Below are positions 8,848 to 19,369 of a stretch of 27,621 nt of DNA, one piece after another. A program made the translations under genes and the position numbers. Below the pieces are notes generated by a model, which saw only the letters and a list, made by a program, of their open reading frames with translations, made no database searches and had not been told where the DNA came from. This stretch comes from Pedobacter sp. (GTDB taxonomy: Bacteria; Desulfobacterota; Desulfuromonadia; Desulfuromonadales; Syntrophotaleaceae), in NCBI GenBank assembly GCA_050253415.1, contig JBFWJC010000012.1:1-27621 (forward strand), read 5' to 3'. Position 1 is the stretch's first letter, and every line of letters begins with the position of its first letter.

Positions 8848-9219
8848 TCACCAGGTCTGAGTAGCGGAGTCAATTGTGACGACGAGGGTGGCACGCAGCC
8901 AGCTAAATATCGATTTCAGGGTATCGAAATCGGGACCGGATGACACGAAGGCCGCCTTCCCCTTAATCAAAAAACCAGCTCCAGGCCCATGCAAGCCCTT
9001 TACTTTACTGCTGCCGAGAGTGATCAACACCTCCGAGTTGTGCTTGATGTTTTCTTCCGTCTTGTGCATGTAGCCCGCAGGAATCAGCATGCGGCCTTCA
9101 GGTGAGATACGGATATACGTGTTCCACGTATTGACCATATGTGGTCCATCTTGCCCCAAAGTGGCGATCGCGACAACACCATCTTTTTTAAGGATCTCCT
9201 GCAGTTTTTCCGGGATCAT
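8848..9219 (-). CDS. FMN-binding split-barrel protein (pyridoxamine 5'-phosphate oxidase-like)
   Basis: [25 protein letters not shown] and [10 protein letters not shown] closely resemble Desulfovibrio FMN-binding protein; AGGAG RBS. Confidence 0.9.
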   Translation of the reverse strand: MIPEKLQEILKKDGVVAIATLGQDGPHMVNTWNTYIRISPEGRMLIPAGYMHKTEENIKHNSEVLITLGSSKVKGLHGPGAGFLIKGKAAFVSSGPDFDTLKSIFSWLRATLVVTIDSATQTW

Positions 9220-9278
9220 AGTCATTCTCCTGACATATCGAGGTTTTTGGTTATGAGCAATATGAGAATAGTTGATTG

Positions 9279-9324
9279 CTGGCCCTGTTAAAAGGTACAA
9301 TTTTGGCAAAAAACATGGGTACAG
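9279..9324. promoter_or_regulatory. Probable MocR operator (two direct repeats plus one inverted repeat)
   Basis: GGTACA at 9294 and 9318 plus inverted CTGGCCC at 9279, in the divergent intergenic region. Confidence 0.4.
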
Positions 9325-9429
9325 ATCGTTTTTCTGACTTCAAGTAAGGCTTCAATTTTCCTGAGGTTTGATATTTGCCACGGGAGACCGCATGTTTGTC
9401 GGAACAGTCCCCTAGATTGAGGTGAAGCC

Positions 9430-10845
9430 ATGTTCACTCTGAACGCTAAGGATGTCACACCGCTCTATCGACAACTTTATCAGCAGATTCGTGACCAGAT
9501 TCTGTACGGCGAACTGCCGGCACATTCAAGGCTCCCCTCGATTCGAGATCTGGCTGTTGAGCTGGAAACAAGCCGCAATACCGTCGAGGGGGCATACCAG
9601 GAATTGTGTGCAGAAGGGTATCTCTACAGCCAGCCGCGAAGTGGATATTTTGTTTCGAACATCGACCAGGTATTCACTTCAAGCGATCAAGTGATTCCAG
9701 TACAACAGGACCTTCATCCCAGGCTGGCCGAACGTTATCGTTATGATTTCCATCCCGCTCGTCTGGACCCGCACATCTTCCCCTCGTCTCTCTGGCGCAA
9801 ATGCCTCATCGAGGGGCTTCGATCGGACTCGGGAGCATATTCAGAGTATAGCGACCCTCAAGGAGAATGGGGGCTGCGTTGCAACCTTCAATATTACCTG
9901 GAACGCTCACGCGGCGTACACTGTTCTCCCGACCAGATCGTTATCTGTTCAGGCTTGCAGCATGGTCTGGATGTGGTTGCGCAAATCATCCGGACCCGGC
10001 AACGTTTGGTGGCAGTCGAGAATCCTGGTTATCATCTCCCTCGTGAGCTCTTCCGCAACCACGGCTTTACTATTTTACCCATCGATGTTGGCCCCGGCGG
10101 AATCAAACTGAACGACCTCAAGGCGAGTGCGTGCACCGTTGTCTACGTCTCTCCCTCGCACCAGATGCCGCTCGGCCATGTGATGCCTGTCGCCAGCCGG
10201 ATGGAGCTGATCTCTTGGGCAAACCAGGAAGAACGGCTGATCATTGAGGATGATTACGACAGTGAACTTCGCTACGTTGGGAAGCCGATATCTTCTCTTC
10301 AGGGGCTGAATCCCCAGGGTAATATCATTTACCAGGGGACTTTCTCCAAGGTCTTTTCGCCTGCCTTGCGCTTAAGTTACATGGTTCTTCCGCGCACAAT
10401 GCTGGATGCCTACAATCGCCTTTTCCGCCATTATCTCTGCCCGGTCCCCCTGCTTACCCAAAGAGCAATGATCCTGTTTATGGAGCGTGGGCATTGGGAC
10501 CAGCACCTCCGTCGGTGTCGGATCTATTACCGAAAGAAGCACGATGCCATGCTGAAGGCGATCGAACAATCATTTGGATCACGTGTCAGAGTGATTGGTC
10601 AGGGCGCAGGCCTCCATGTTGTGCTTGAATTGACCGAAGGGCTGACGGATCAAACCCAATTGATAAATAGGGCAAAGCAAAAAGGCTGTCGGCTATTGTC
10701 TTTTTCCGATTTTCTTGTTTCGGCCAGCTCTGAGACGAACAAGTTGCTGTTGGGTTTTGGCGGAATCCGTATTGAAGATATCCCTCAAGGAGTACAAATC
10801 CTCTCGACTCTCATTGACAGGCAACGACAAGGTGAAGCTAAGTGA
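9430..10845 (+). CDS. MocR/GabR-family regulator (GntR wHTH plus PLP aminotransferase-like domain)
   Basis: PLYRQLY...LPSIRDLA...SRNTVEGAYQEL; SHQMPLG, IIEDDYDSE, GTFSK, GAGLH. Confidence 0.93.
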   Translation: MFTLNAKDVTPLYRQLYQQIRDQILYGELPAHSRLPSIRDLAVELETSRNTVEGAYQELCAEGYLYSQPRSGYFVSNIDQVFTSSDQVIPVQQDLHPRLAERYRYDFHPARLDPHIFPSSLWRKCLIEGLRSDSGAYSEYSDPQGEWGLRCNLQYYLERSRGVHCSPDQIVICSGLQHGLDVVAQIIRTRQRLVAVENPGYHLPRELFRNHGFTILPIDVGPGGIKLNDLKASACTVVYVSPSHQMPLGHVMPVASRMELISWANQEERLIIEDDYDSELRYVGKPISSLQGLNPQGNIIYQGTFSKVFSPALRLSYMVLPRTMLDAYNRLFRHYLCPVPLLTQRAMILFMERGHWDQHLRRCRIYYRKKHDAMLKAIEQSFGSRVRVIGQGAGLHVVLELTEGLTDQTQLINRAKQKGCRLLSFSDFLVSASSETNKLLLGFGGIRIEDIPQGVQILSTLIDRQRQGEAK

Positions 10846-11023
10846 CCTATGCAAAAAACCTCTAAAGAGCATAAAAAACTTTGGTTCTCGGGTCAGGATC
10901 TTTTCTGGCGGTGTAAATATTTTTGTGCAAGGAGCTTTTACTCCCCTTTCGAACACTCTCCGGTTGGACCGCACATTAACGAAATTCCTGACAGGCTTCC
11001 GGGAGAGGGTGATGGCTCAGGGC

Positions 11024-11092
11024 CAAAACGGGGACAGTTTCTAAAATGACACAAAATGATCCAATAAAATTTACGGGGACAAAACGGGGACA
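11024..11092 (+). repeat. Three ACGGGGACA direct repeats (integrase arm-site-like)
   Basis: CAAAACGGGGACA at 11024 and 11080; ACGGGGACA at 11073. Confidence 0.6.
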
Positions 11093-11099
11093 CTGAATT

Positions 11100-11247
11100 T
11101 GTCAATCGGCATCGAAATCTGGCCCATCAACGGCGTCCAACCTCGGCCCACTGCGAAACCGTTTTGTATCTAATTTCATTGGGTTGTAATGTTTTACACT
11201 TTTGGCCCATGTGCTGATAGTGGGTCAAAAATGACAGCCGATCAACA
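11100..11247 (+). mobile_element. 148-bp miniature IS21-like element without transposase
   Basis: TGT...ACA termini and imperfect IRs TGTCAATCGGC / TGTTGATCGGC, with internal repeated TGGCCCA/TGACCCA motifs. A second partial copy lies at 2446-2554. No target duplication seen. Confidence 0.7.
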
Positions 11248-11432
11248 GGTGCAATGGATGACCCCTTGTGTGCTTGCACAGAACTGAAACGGGAGGTCCA
11301 ATCAAGCAAAACCGATCATAAGTAGTACAATTAACGTAGTTTTCTTTTTTCGAAAGTACAGACAGAGGGCGGTACTGCGAACCTGGAAAACAGGTTCCAA
11401 TGAATTCTTTCCCGAGAGAAAAGGTGTAAATC

Positions 11433-13862
11433 ATGCGAGATCCTGTGTGCGACATGGAGGTCACCCCCGATTCCAAAGGCGGAACAACACAGTGGCAGGG
11501 AGAAACCTATTACTTCTGCTCGGATAAATGCCAAGAGAAGTTCACGGCTGACCCCAAAGCCTATATAACCAAGGATCCGGTCTGCGGCATGACCGTGAGC
11601 AAGGAGAAAAACGCCGGTTCCCATACCCACAAGGGGACCGAATATCTGTTTTGCTCGACCAAGTGTCGGGAAAAATTCGTGGCCGATCCCGATGCCTATC
11701 TTCATCCGCAGCCGAAAACATCCGATCCGGCTGCTGCGTCGCGGAAATACACCTGTCCGATGCACCCCGAAATTATCCAGCAGGGGCCAGGAAACTGTCC
11801 CAAGTGCGGCATGGACCTGGAGCCCTTGAGTGCGTCCACCGACGACGCTGAAGAGGAAGAGGCGGTTATTCGGAGTTTGAAGCGCAAAACTCTTGTTGCC
11901 GGCGCGCTGACCCTGCCCGTTCTGCTTCTCGCTTTCGATAGCATGATTCCAGGGCTCTCCTTTGAAGGGTTCCTTTCAGCGAAGCTTCAGGGCTGGTTGG
12001 AGCTTATTCTGGCGACACCCGTCATTCTGTGGGCGGGCAGCATGTTTTTTACTCGAGGCTGGCGATCCATCGTCAACCGCAGCCTGAACATGTTCACACT
12101 GATCATGCTGGGTGTCGGTGCGGCCTATGCTTATAGCGTCGTGGCGGTTCTGTTTCCGGAACTCTTCCCGGATTCCTTCCGCATGCATGGTGAAGTCGCC
12201 CTGTATTTCGAGGCGGGCACGGTCATCACGACCCTCATCCTGTTCGGGCAGTGGCTCGAAGCCCGCGCCCGGCGGCAGACCGGTAAAGCCATCCAGAGTT
12301 TGCTGGGCCTCGCGGCCAAAACCGCGCACCGGGTCAAGGAGGACGGAGAGGAAGAGGAAGTGGAGATCGACACCATTGAAAAAGGCGACCGCCTGCGCGT
12401 GCGGCCCGGCGAAAAGGTTCCTCTCGACGGCGTCATTCTCGACGGGAACAGCAGAATTGACGAATCCATGCTCACCGGCGAGCCGATCCCCGTAAAGAAA
12501 GGCGTGAATGACAAAGTCATCGGCGCCACAGTCAACCAGACCGGCAGCTTCGTCATGCGCGCTGAGGCCGTGGGCGAGGAAACCATGCTCGCCCGGATCG
12601 TAAAAATGGTCGCCGAGGCCCAACGCAGCCGGGCACCAATTCAGAAACTGGCCGACCAGGTTGCGGGCTATTTTGTGCCTGCGGTCGTACTGACCGCCCT
12701 GATCGCTTTCGCGGTCTGGGCCGCCTTCGGCCCGGCGCCAGCCATGGCCTACGCCATCGTGGTCGCCGTTTCTGTGCTGATTATCGCCTGCCCCTGCGCG
12801 CTGGGTCTGGCCACCCCCATGTCCATCATGGTCGGTGTCGGCAGAGGTGCCCAAAACGGCATCCTGATCAAAAACGCCGAAGCCATCGAACGCGCTGAAA
12901 AGGTCACGCACCTCATCACTGACAAGACCGGCACGCTCACCGAGGGCAAGCCCTCAGTTGTCGATGCGCAAGCGCCAGACGAGGTTAAAACCGGCGACTT
13001 GTTGCGTCTGGCGGCGGCTGTCGAGTCTCAGTCCGAGCACCCCCTCGCCCGGGCTGTTGTCGGTAAGGCGAAGCAAGAGGAACTGGAACTGCCGGACATC
13101 ACCGACTTCGGGAGCACGACCGGTGGCGGCGTCCAGGCCAGAGTCGAAGGTGCGCTGATTCGTATCGGCAAACGGACATTCCTCGAAGCGGCAAAGATCA
13201 GCATCCCCGACGCGCTGACGAAGGAAGCGGAGCGCCTGCAAGGTGAGGCCAAGACCGTCATCTGGGCGGGACGCAACGATCAGCTCCTCGGCCTCATCGC
13301 TATCGCCGATCCGATCAAAGAAACCTCGAAGGAGGCTATCGAATCGCTGCACGAGATGGGGATCATCGTGGTCATGTGCACGGGGGATAATCTGCGCACT
13401 GCCAAAGCTGTGGCCAAAGAATTGGGGATCGATGAAGTACATGCCGAAGTCTCTCCCGAGGACAAACAACGCATTGTCAATGAATTGAAGGCCAAGGGAC
13501 ACCGCGTTGCCATGGCGGGTGACGGAATCAATGACGCACCCGCCCTTGCCGCCGCCGACGTGGGCGTCGCCATGGGCACAGGCACGGACGTTGCCATCGA
13601 GAGTGCCGGGCTGACCCTGGTGAAGGGCGACCTGCGCGGCATTGTGAATGGCTTACGCCTCAGCCGCGCGGTTATGCGCAATATCCGCCAGAACCTGTTT
13701 TTCGCCTTTATCTACAATGCAACCGGTGTACCTATCGCAGCAGGAGTGCTCTATCCCATCTTCGGTATCCTGCTCAGCCCGATGATCGCCGGTGCCGCCA
13801 TGGCCTTCAGTTCTGTTTCGGTCATCAGCAACGCCTTACGACTGCGCAAGGTCACGCTTTAA
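11433..13862 (+). CDS. copA: Cu(I)/Ag(I)-translocating P1B-type ATPase with two YHS domains and a heavy-metal-binding domain
   Basis: DPVC-M x2, YTCPMHP...[32 protein letters not shown] and MAFSS. Confidence 0.93.
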   Translation: MRDPVCDMEVTPDSKGGTTQWQGETYYFCSDKCQEKFTADPKAYITKDPVCGMTVSKEKNAGSHTHKGTEYLFCSTKCREKFVADPDAYLHPQPKTSDPAAASRKYTCPMHPEIIQQGPGNCPKCGMDLEPLSASTDDAEEEEAVIRSLKRKTLVAGALTLPVLLLAFDSMIPGLSFEGFLSAKLQGWLELILATPVILWAGSMFFTRGWRSIVNRSLNMFTLIMLGVGAAYAYSVVAVLFPELFPDSFRMHGEVALYFEAGTVITTLILFGQWLEARARRQTGKAIQSLLGLAAKTAHRVKEDGEEEEVEIDTIEKGDRLRVRPGEKVPLDGVILDGNSRIDESMLTGEPIPVKKGVNDKVIGATVNQTGSFVMRAEAVGEETMLARIVKMVAEAQRSRAPIQKLADQVAGYFVPAVVLTALIAFAVWAAFGPAPAMAYAIVVAVSVLIIACPCALGLATPMSIMVGVGRGAQNGILIKNAEAIERAEKVTHLITDKTGTLTEGKPSVVDAQAPDEVKTGDLLRLAAAVESQSEHPLARAVVGKAKQEELELPDITDFGSTTGGGVQARVEGALIRIGKRTFLEAAKISIPDALTKEAERLQGEAKTVIWAGRNDQLLGLIAIADPIKETSKEAIESLHEMGIIVVMCTGDNLRTAKAVAKELGIDEVHAEVSPEDKQRIVNELKAKGHRVAMAGDGINDAPALAAADVGVAMGTGTDVAIESAGLTLVKGDLRGIVNGLRLSRAVMRNIRQNLFFAFIYNATGVPIAAGVLYPIFGILLSPMIAGAAMAFSSVSVISNALRLRKVTL

Positions 13863-13981
13863 TCGGGGAGAAGACCTTATGCGACCACACACAAGCAATC
13901 GGCGTGGACCAGACAATCCGGCCACAATGGATCTGATAAGCACAACTACTCAAACCCGAAATTGAAACGGAGGGTCATACC

Positions 13982-14209
13982 ATGATGGGGAATCATATGT
14001 ATAACAACACCATGTGGGGAGGGCATTGGCTGTGGATGCTGGTGATCGGCATTGTGGTCGTCGTCCCGGTCTGGCGTATCTGCCAGCGCGCAGGATTTCC
14101 GGGCTGGCTGGGAATTCTCATTCTGATTCCCGTCGCTAATCTCTTTTTACTTTATTTCATTGCCTTTGCAGATTGGCCCATAGAAAAAACTGGTGGTCAT
14201 AATGGTTAA
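13982..14209 (+). CDS. Small two-helix membrane protein
   Basis: GGAGG RBS; two hydrophobic segments with WRI-xx-RAGFPGW...IP...FADWP. Confidence 0.75.
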   Translation: MMGNHMYNNTMWGGHWLWMLVIGIVVVVPVWRICQRAGFPGWLGILILIPVANLFLLYFIAFADWPIEKTGGHNG

Positions 14210-14210
14210 G

Positions 14211-14243
14211 TGTTGAGTGCCACGAGATCGCTGACACTCAACA
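14211..14243. mobile_element. 33-bp TGT...ACA palindrome, possible collapsed IS21-type scar
   Basis: TGTTGAGTGCCA-N9-TGACACTCAACA interrupts an ATG-GTT-AAG start that overlaps the upstream gene's end. Confidence 0.45.
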
Positions 14244-14761
14244 GGTTTATCCGATTATTTATCAGCCTTTATGATGTTCCGGGATCTCACCTCCTCTGGT
14301 TTGTGGAGGGGGGTGTGGCGATTGGAAAGCTTTGTATTCAGCGACCTGCTGTTTGATCATAGTGAGTTGGATGGAGAAGTGGTCAGGGAGGCGGCTATCT
14401 GCCAAAGTCCTGCAGAAGCCTCTGGAAAGATCTATCGAAATTATTAGAAGACCAGCCGGGCTGTCGGGTTGTTTTTTGTGGGATAATCTACAGCCTTCGG
14501 CAATATTCAACAGAGGAAAATTAGGGAAAAGCAGTGGCGTGCGGATTGTGTTCCTAAAAAACAGGAATGAGTCTGAGGTCAAATGTTACCTGGGCCCTGC
14601 ATTTTGACGATCTCCCGGCTTTCGGTAGCCGTTCCTTTGACGGAGGATTGGGGCTTGGCCTGAAACCTGCTAAAAGGATGTGAGTCCGCCCGAAACCTTT
14701 CATTGCCACCCTGTCGTTTCTGCCTGGCTTGGGCCGGCAGAAATCTGGAGAGTATTGATAA

Positions 14762-15385
14762 ATGAAACGCCTTGTTTTTTTAATTCTCCTGCTGGTTATT
14801 CCGCTAACGGCGTTCGGTACAACCATTGAAGTGACGCCTGGTATCCTTTTGCATGTCGAATTGCCCAGTGACCACTGGCAGGTAAGTGCTTCGCCTCCCG
14901 AGACCCTGGTGCAGGAGACCGCTGCCCACCTGGGGCAAGAGATGCTGAGAAAAGCCGGAAAAGAAGATCCAGCAGAAGTGGCACGCGACATCCTTTCCGT
15001 TAATGAGCTTTTTATTGTCAATGCCGAGAGTGGCGCCTGGCTGGCTGTTGATTTCAGCGCTCTTAGAGAGGGCGAACCGGCTCCTGGGCGGCGAGCGGTG
15101 AAGCGGTCGGCGGCCTTCGCCGGACAGGCCTTGCAAGGCGAAGAAGGGCTCAGCGACGTGAAGCATGACATCGAGAAAATACGAATCCCGGGGGCTCAAT
15201 ACGCCTATCAGCTTGAAGCGACCTATCGCAGGCATGATGAACCGGTTTTGTTTTGTGGCGTGATCGGTTTTGCCGATCGTCATTGGTTTTACCTGTACTA
15301 CACGGACTTCAAGCGCAATCCGGAAGATTACCGCAAGATGAAGGAGATCCTCCGCTCTATCAGGCTAAAGGTGGAGCGGAGCTGA
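14762..15385 (+). CDS. Secreted/periplasmic hypothetical protein
   Basis: Signal peptide MKRLVFLILLLVIPLTAFG; GGAG RBS; first gene of the cytochrome cluster. Confidence 0.78.
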   Translation: MKRLVFLILLLVIPLTAFGTTIEVTPGILLHVELPSDHWQVSASPPETLVQETAAHLGQEMLRKAGKEDPAEVARDILSVNELFIVNAESGAWLAVDFSALREGEPAPGRRAVKRSAAFAGQALQGEEGLSDVKHDIEKIRIPGAQYAYQLEATYRRHDEPVLFCGVIGFADRHWFYLYYTDFKRNPEDYRKMKEILRSIRLKVERS

Positions 15386-15472
15386 TTGGCCAGCCTTGAT
15401 CAGGCCCTGAACGCTGGTCGTCAGCACGGTAGCAGGAGCGCCGCTACAACAGGATGATTTTGGGGGTATGCG

Positions 15473-17119
15473 TTGACACAAGACAACCAAATGCCAAAAG
15501 AAGATTCCGCGCCCCCCCGCTGGATAACGCCCCTGCTGGCCGTCGCCAGTTTGCTGGTGCTGGCCGCTTCCCTGCTCGCCCTCCTGACCGGTGACAATCA
15601 CGATCACCAATTCCATGGGACTATCGCGGATATTACCGTCAACCTGGGCGGCAGCCCCGTCCGTGAACATTGCACGACCTGTCATACGGAGGGAGGACGT
15701 CCCACTTGGGAAGGCACCCATTGGATGAGTGCCTCGCATCCTGACATCACTCCTCATGCGCCGGAACGCCTGGGCTGCACGGGCTGTCATCTGGGTGAAG
15801 GGATGGCGATGGACCGTACATTCTCCCATGGCCTGCCTGGACTGGGAGGGCGGCAGGTGCTGCAGGGACAGCAAGTGCAGGGACGATGCTATGTCTGTCA
15901 TGAGCTGGAAGTTCTGCCGGGAGCAGAGAAGGCCTGGAACGGCTACCGGCTTTTTCGGCAAAAGGCCTGCTATCTCTGTCACTATCTGAACGGCATGCCT
16001 GAAGGCAGCGGGTTCGGACCGGATCTGAGCCATGTCGGTTCGCAGCTGGGGCTGGCTCAACTGGAAAAGGCCATTCGAGACCCCCGCGCCGAGCCTGACA
16101 ACTCGACCATGCCGCGCTTTCCCCTCTCCCGCAATCAGGTGCGTGACCTCACTTATTTTCTCAAGAGCCGGGTGGAGGCGCCTCTCTTTACCTCGCCCAT
16201 GTGGGTAACGGCAGGTCGCCCCGCTGTGGCGGTACCGGACGTCGTCCCCGAAGATTCCTCTCTGGTGGCGGGAGAACGACTTTTATGGCAGGGAGGCTGT
16301 CTGGCCTGTCACCAATACAAAGAGGAGGATGGTCGCATTGCTCCTGACCTCACCCGTGTAGGCAAGATGCGTGACCGGGATTACCTTGAAGGTTTTCTGG
16401 AACATCCGTCGCGGTTGATCCCGGGAGCTGCCATGCCGCCATCCCTGCTGAACGCCGCAGACAAGGTGGAACTGGTCGAATTTTTGGCGGGAGCAACCTC
16501 CGAAGAGGCGCATCATCTGGAGGCGAAAAAAGTCTATATGCATCACTGTCAGCGATGCCATGCTGCCAATGGCGACGGCAAAGGACTTATCCAACCCAAT
16601 CTGGCCCAGTTTCCGCGGGCTTTTCTGGGCAATGACGGGTTTTTCCGGGGGGTCACTGATTCACGGTTGCGGGACAGCCTCGCCCGGGGCATATCCGGAA
16701 CCTCCATGCCGCCTTATGAGCATGTTTTGTCCGCAAAATCCCGAAAGGACCTGCTCGATTTAATCTTCCAATCCTTCATCGGTATCTCTCGGGAAGACAA
16801 GGTGGAGGAGACACCGCTGCCTCCCAGGCCGGATGCCCTGCCTCTGCAACGGGCTGAACGCCTCTATGACCGGTTTTGTGCAGAATGCCACGGGAGAAGC
16901 GGCACCGGCAAAGGACCCAAGGCCAGCAGGCACCTGCCGCGTCCCCGCAATTTGACCAACGCTCCCTTTTTTACAGCCGTTGAGGATGAACGCATTCTGC
17001 GAGGGATTCTCAATGGTGTCTCCGGGACCGCCATGCCTGCATGGCGGGGAGTGGTCAGCGACGAGGAGGCGTGGGCCCTGGTAGAGAAAGTCCGACGATT
17101 CTCAGGAGGCCGACCATGA
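15473..17119 (+). CDS. Membrane-anchored seven-heme cytochrome c
   Basis: CTTCH, CTGCH, CYVCH, CYLCH, CLACH, CQRCH, CAECH; N-terminal TM helix; four xxMP distal-ligand motifs. The start could be 15491. Confidence 0.9.
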   Translation: MTQDNQMPKEDSAPPRWITPLLAVASLLVLAASLLALLTGDNHDHQFHGTIADITVNLGGSPVREHCTTCHTEGGRPTWEGTHWMSASHPDITPHAPERLGCTGCHLGEGMAMDRTFSHGLPGLGGRQVLQGQQVQGRCYVCHELEVLPGAEKAWNGYRLFRQKACYLCHYLNGMPEGSGFGPDLSHVGSQLGLAQLEKAIRDPRAEPDNSTMPRFPLSRNQVRDLTYFLKSRVEAPLFTSPMWVTAGRPAVAVPDVVPEDSSLVAGERLLWQGGCLACHQYKEEDGRIAPDLTRVGKMRDRDYLEGFLEHPSRLIPGAAMPPSLLNAADKVELVEFLAGATSEEAHHLEAKKVYMHHCQRCHAANGDGKGLIQPNLAQFPRAFLGNDGFFRGVTDSRLRDSLARGISGTSMPPYEHVLSAKSRKDLLDLIFQSFIGISREDKVEETPLPPRPDALPLQRAERLYDRFCAECHGRSGTGKGPKASRHLPRPRNLTNAPFFTAVEDERILRGILNGVSGTAMPAWRGVVSDEEAWALVEKVRRFSGGRP

Positions 17120-17559
17120 ATCGGCGCCAGTGGTTGTTTCGCGCAATCTCCATGCCCGCCTTAGCTGTGGCAGGTGCTGCCCTCGGTGGTATTTTTTCGC
17201 AGGTCTGGCTGGCCGCGGGCCGTTTTTCTTCAAGACACTGGTCTGACGTGACGGCGGTGAACAGCCTTCCTGAAGAGGGAACCAGCGCCTTTCCCGGCCA
17301 GCGTGTCGCCCTTTTGTGCCGGGGGGAGGATATTGGCGCGTTGAGTCTTGAATGCACCCATTTGGGGTGCCTGCTCAACACCGTTGACCAGGGATTTTTC
17401 TGCCCCTGTCACGGCAGTGAATTCGCGTCTTCAGGCAAAGTCCTATCGGGGCCCGCTTCAAGGGACCTCGACTGGCTGCCGGTGCGCATTCAAAACGGAC
17501 GGGTTTGGATCCAGGGCGGCACCCGCCTTGATTCGCCCCTCTGGGTTAAGCGAGGTTAG
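17116..17559 (+). CDS. Rieske [2Fe-2S] subunit
   Basis: CTHLGC and CPCHGS; twin-arginine MNRRQWL; ATGA overlap and GGAGG RBS. Confidence 0.92.
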   Translation: MNRRQWLFRAISMPALAVAGAALGGIFSQVWLAAGRFSSRHWSDVTAVNSLPEEGTSAFPGQRVALLCRGEDIGALSLECTHLGCLLNTVDQGFFCPCHGSEFASSGKVLSGPASRDLDWLPVRIQNGRVWIQGGTRLDSPLWVKRG

Positions 17560-17563
17560 GTCC

Positions 17564-18613
17564 ATGCCGCCGTCCAAACGTCACTTTTTTAGTCACCTGC
17601 ACCCCGTCATGGTCTACCGGCGCACGCTTTCGCCCTCGACGACCCTAGGACTGGGCATGGCCTGCCTGACCTGCCTAGGGGTCCTGTTGGTCACTGGGGT
17701 GACCTTGTTCCTGTACTATACGCCGGATACAGCCGTGGCCTATGAGCGAATCCTGCACATCACCACGACCCTTTATTTTGGGCGTCTGATTCGGAATCTC
17801 CACTTCGTTGCAGCCAATGCGCTCATCGTTCTGGTGTTTCTCCATATGGCGCGCGTCTTTTTCACCGCGGCCTACAAGTCCCGTTCTTTGAACTGGCAAT
17901 ACGGCTTGGTTTTGCTGCTCCTGGTTCTATTCGCCAATTTTACGGGCTATGTGCTTCCCTGGGATCAGGTTGCCTATTGGGCGACCAAGGTTGCCTCTTC
18001 CCTTGCCGAGTATATCCCCTTTATCGGTGACGGGCTGCGCCGCTTCTTGCTGGGCGGTTCCCAGGTTGGCGTGGAAACCCTGCTGCGTTCTTTCGCTTTT
18101 CATGCCGGCGTGATCCCTCCACTTATCGTGGTCTTTACTGGCCTGCACCTCTGGCGCATTCGCAAAGACGGTGGTCTTGCGGCACCACCCCATCAACTGG
18201 GCGACAAGATCCCGGCGGCCCCCTGGCTGTATCGCGCCGAAGCAAGCGTGGCCCTGCTGACCCTTGCCCTTCTCCTTTTTCTCGCCCTGGGAGTCGATGC
18301 CCCGCTCTTTGAGCGTGCCGATCCGAATCATCCGCCCAATCCGGCGAAAGCGCCCTGGTATTTCGTCGGCTTTCAGGAACTGGTCGGCTATTCGGCCTTT
18401 TGGGGTGGTGTTGCCGTTCCCCTGTTTCTGTTTATTTTCTTTGTGCTGGCGCCACACCTTGACCGTACTGCGAGCCCGCCGGGTATGTGGTTTGCCAGGG
18501 ATCGTTTCCTGCTCAATGTCTTTTTTGGCGCTCTTCTGCTGAGCCAGGTCGGTTTTATCATTGTTGGACAATGGTTTCGGGGCCCCAACTGGGGCCTGAT
18601 CTGGCCTTTTTAA
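17564..18613 (+). CDS. Cytochrome b (b6-like domain fused to subunit IV-like domain)
   Basis: Four heme His (RNLH...FLH, AFH...GLH), GYVLPWDQ, PNPAKAPWYF. Confidence 0.92.
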   Translation: MPPSKRHFFSHLHPVMVYRRTLSPSTTLGLGMACLTCLGVLLVTGVTLFLYYTPDTAVAYERILHITTTLYFGRLIRNLHFVAANALIVLVFLHMARVFFTAAYKSRSLNWQYGLVLLLLVLFANFTGYVLPWDQVAYWATKVASSLAEYIPFIGDGLRRFLLGGSQVGVETLLRSFAFHAGVIPPLIVVFTGLHLWRIRKDGGLAAPPHQLGDKIPAAPWLYRAEASVALLTLALLLFLALGVDAPLFERADPNHPPNPAKAPWYFVGFQELVGYSAFWGGVAVPLFLFIFFVLAPHLDRTASPPGMWFARDRFLLNVFFGALLLSQVGFIIVGQWFRGPNWGLIWPF

Positions 18614-18633
18614 CGAACTGAATGGAGGTTTTT

Positions 18634-19143
18634 ATGAAAACGAACATTTTTCGTCTGACTTCGGTCATCGCTGCTGCCTTGGTCTTCTTGTTGGCAGCGG
18701 GCCATGTATTTGCCGGCGACGACCAGGAATTCAACCGCATACTTAATCTCGGTATGGCTGACTTGACCCAGGAATCCCTGGCGCTTCTTGACAGCAAATA
18801 TCCTGATGAAGACTGGGATGCGGTTAAATTCCCCCAGTATGTTTTTACCAGCGATTCGGTGGAGGCAGGCTACATGATTGCGGTAAAGGAGCCAGAACTT
18901 CTTAAGAAATTCAAGTGCTACTGCTTCTGCGACACCATGGGCCATGCCGATCTGAGCTGGTGTTTTCTCAAGAAGGGGAAACTCAAAAAGGGATTCGACG
19001 ATCACGGGTCCGACTGCAACATCTGTTACGGCCAGGCCATGATGGCCCTTTTGTGGCAAGAGGCGGGTTTTTCAGCGGAGAAAATGACGCTCGGGTTTGA
19101 GAAAAAATTCGCCAAGCTGATTGAACAGTTTGGGAATAAATAA
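18634..19143 (+). CDS. Exported PCYCGC-like Cys-rich protein
   Basis: Signal peptide; KCYCFCDTMGH-x-L-xx-CF...DDHGSDCNIC; GGAGG RBS. Confidence 0.8.
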   Translation: MKTNIFRLTSVIAAALVFLLAAGHVFAGDDQEFNRILNLGMADLTQESLALLDSKYPDEDWDAVKFPQYVFTSDSVEAGYMIAVKEPELLKKFKCYCFCDTMGHADLSWCFLKKGKLKKGFDDHGSDCNICYGQAMMALLWQEAGFSAEKMTLGFEKKFAKLIEQFGNK

Positions 19144-19343
19144 TTGGGCAGGTCGCACGGAGGAAGAGTGCCGGCCTGCTTTTCCTGATCAGGAGTTAGT
19201 CATGGGATCTGGGCATCGCTCCATGCAGTCAGTCTTACGCTGACATGAATCGCCGTTTCTCTCAGAACCTGTTTTTCTCGTTCTTTCAGACGTCCGATTC
19301 ATGGCACGGAACGTATCTAAGACCATGATACGTTCCGTGCCTC
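19127..19343 (+). repeat. Copy 1 of a diverged direct repeat (copy 2 at 22266-22539), ending in a perfect 15-bp hairpin
   Basis: The first 127 bp align gap-free at 97/127. GGCACGGAACGTATC-N9-GATACGTTCCGTGCC at 19303-19341. Confidence 0.8.
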
Positions 19344-19369
19344 AAATGGAATCCGGTTCAGGGCAAAAC

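Noticed and set aside
15383..17119. Selenocysteine read-through at other TGA stops (15383, 17117; also 5048, 8848)
   Set aside because: The proteins appear complete, two of the stops overlap the next start codon, and none has a redox Cys context.
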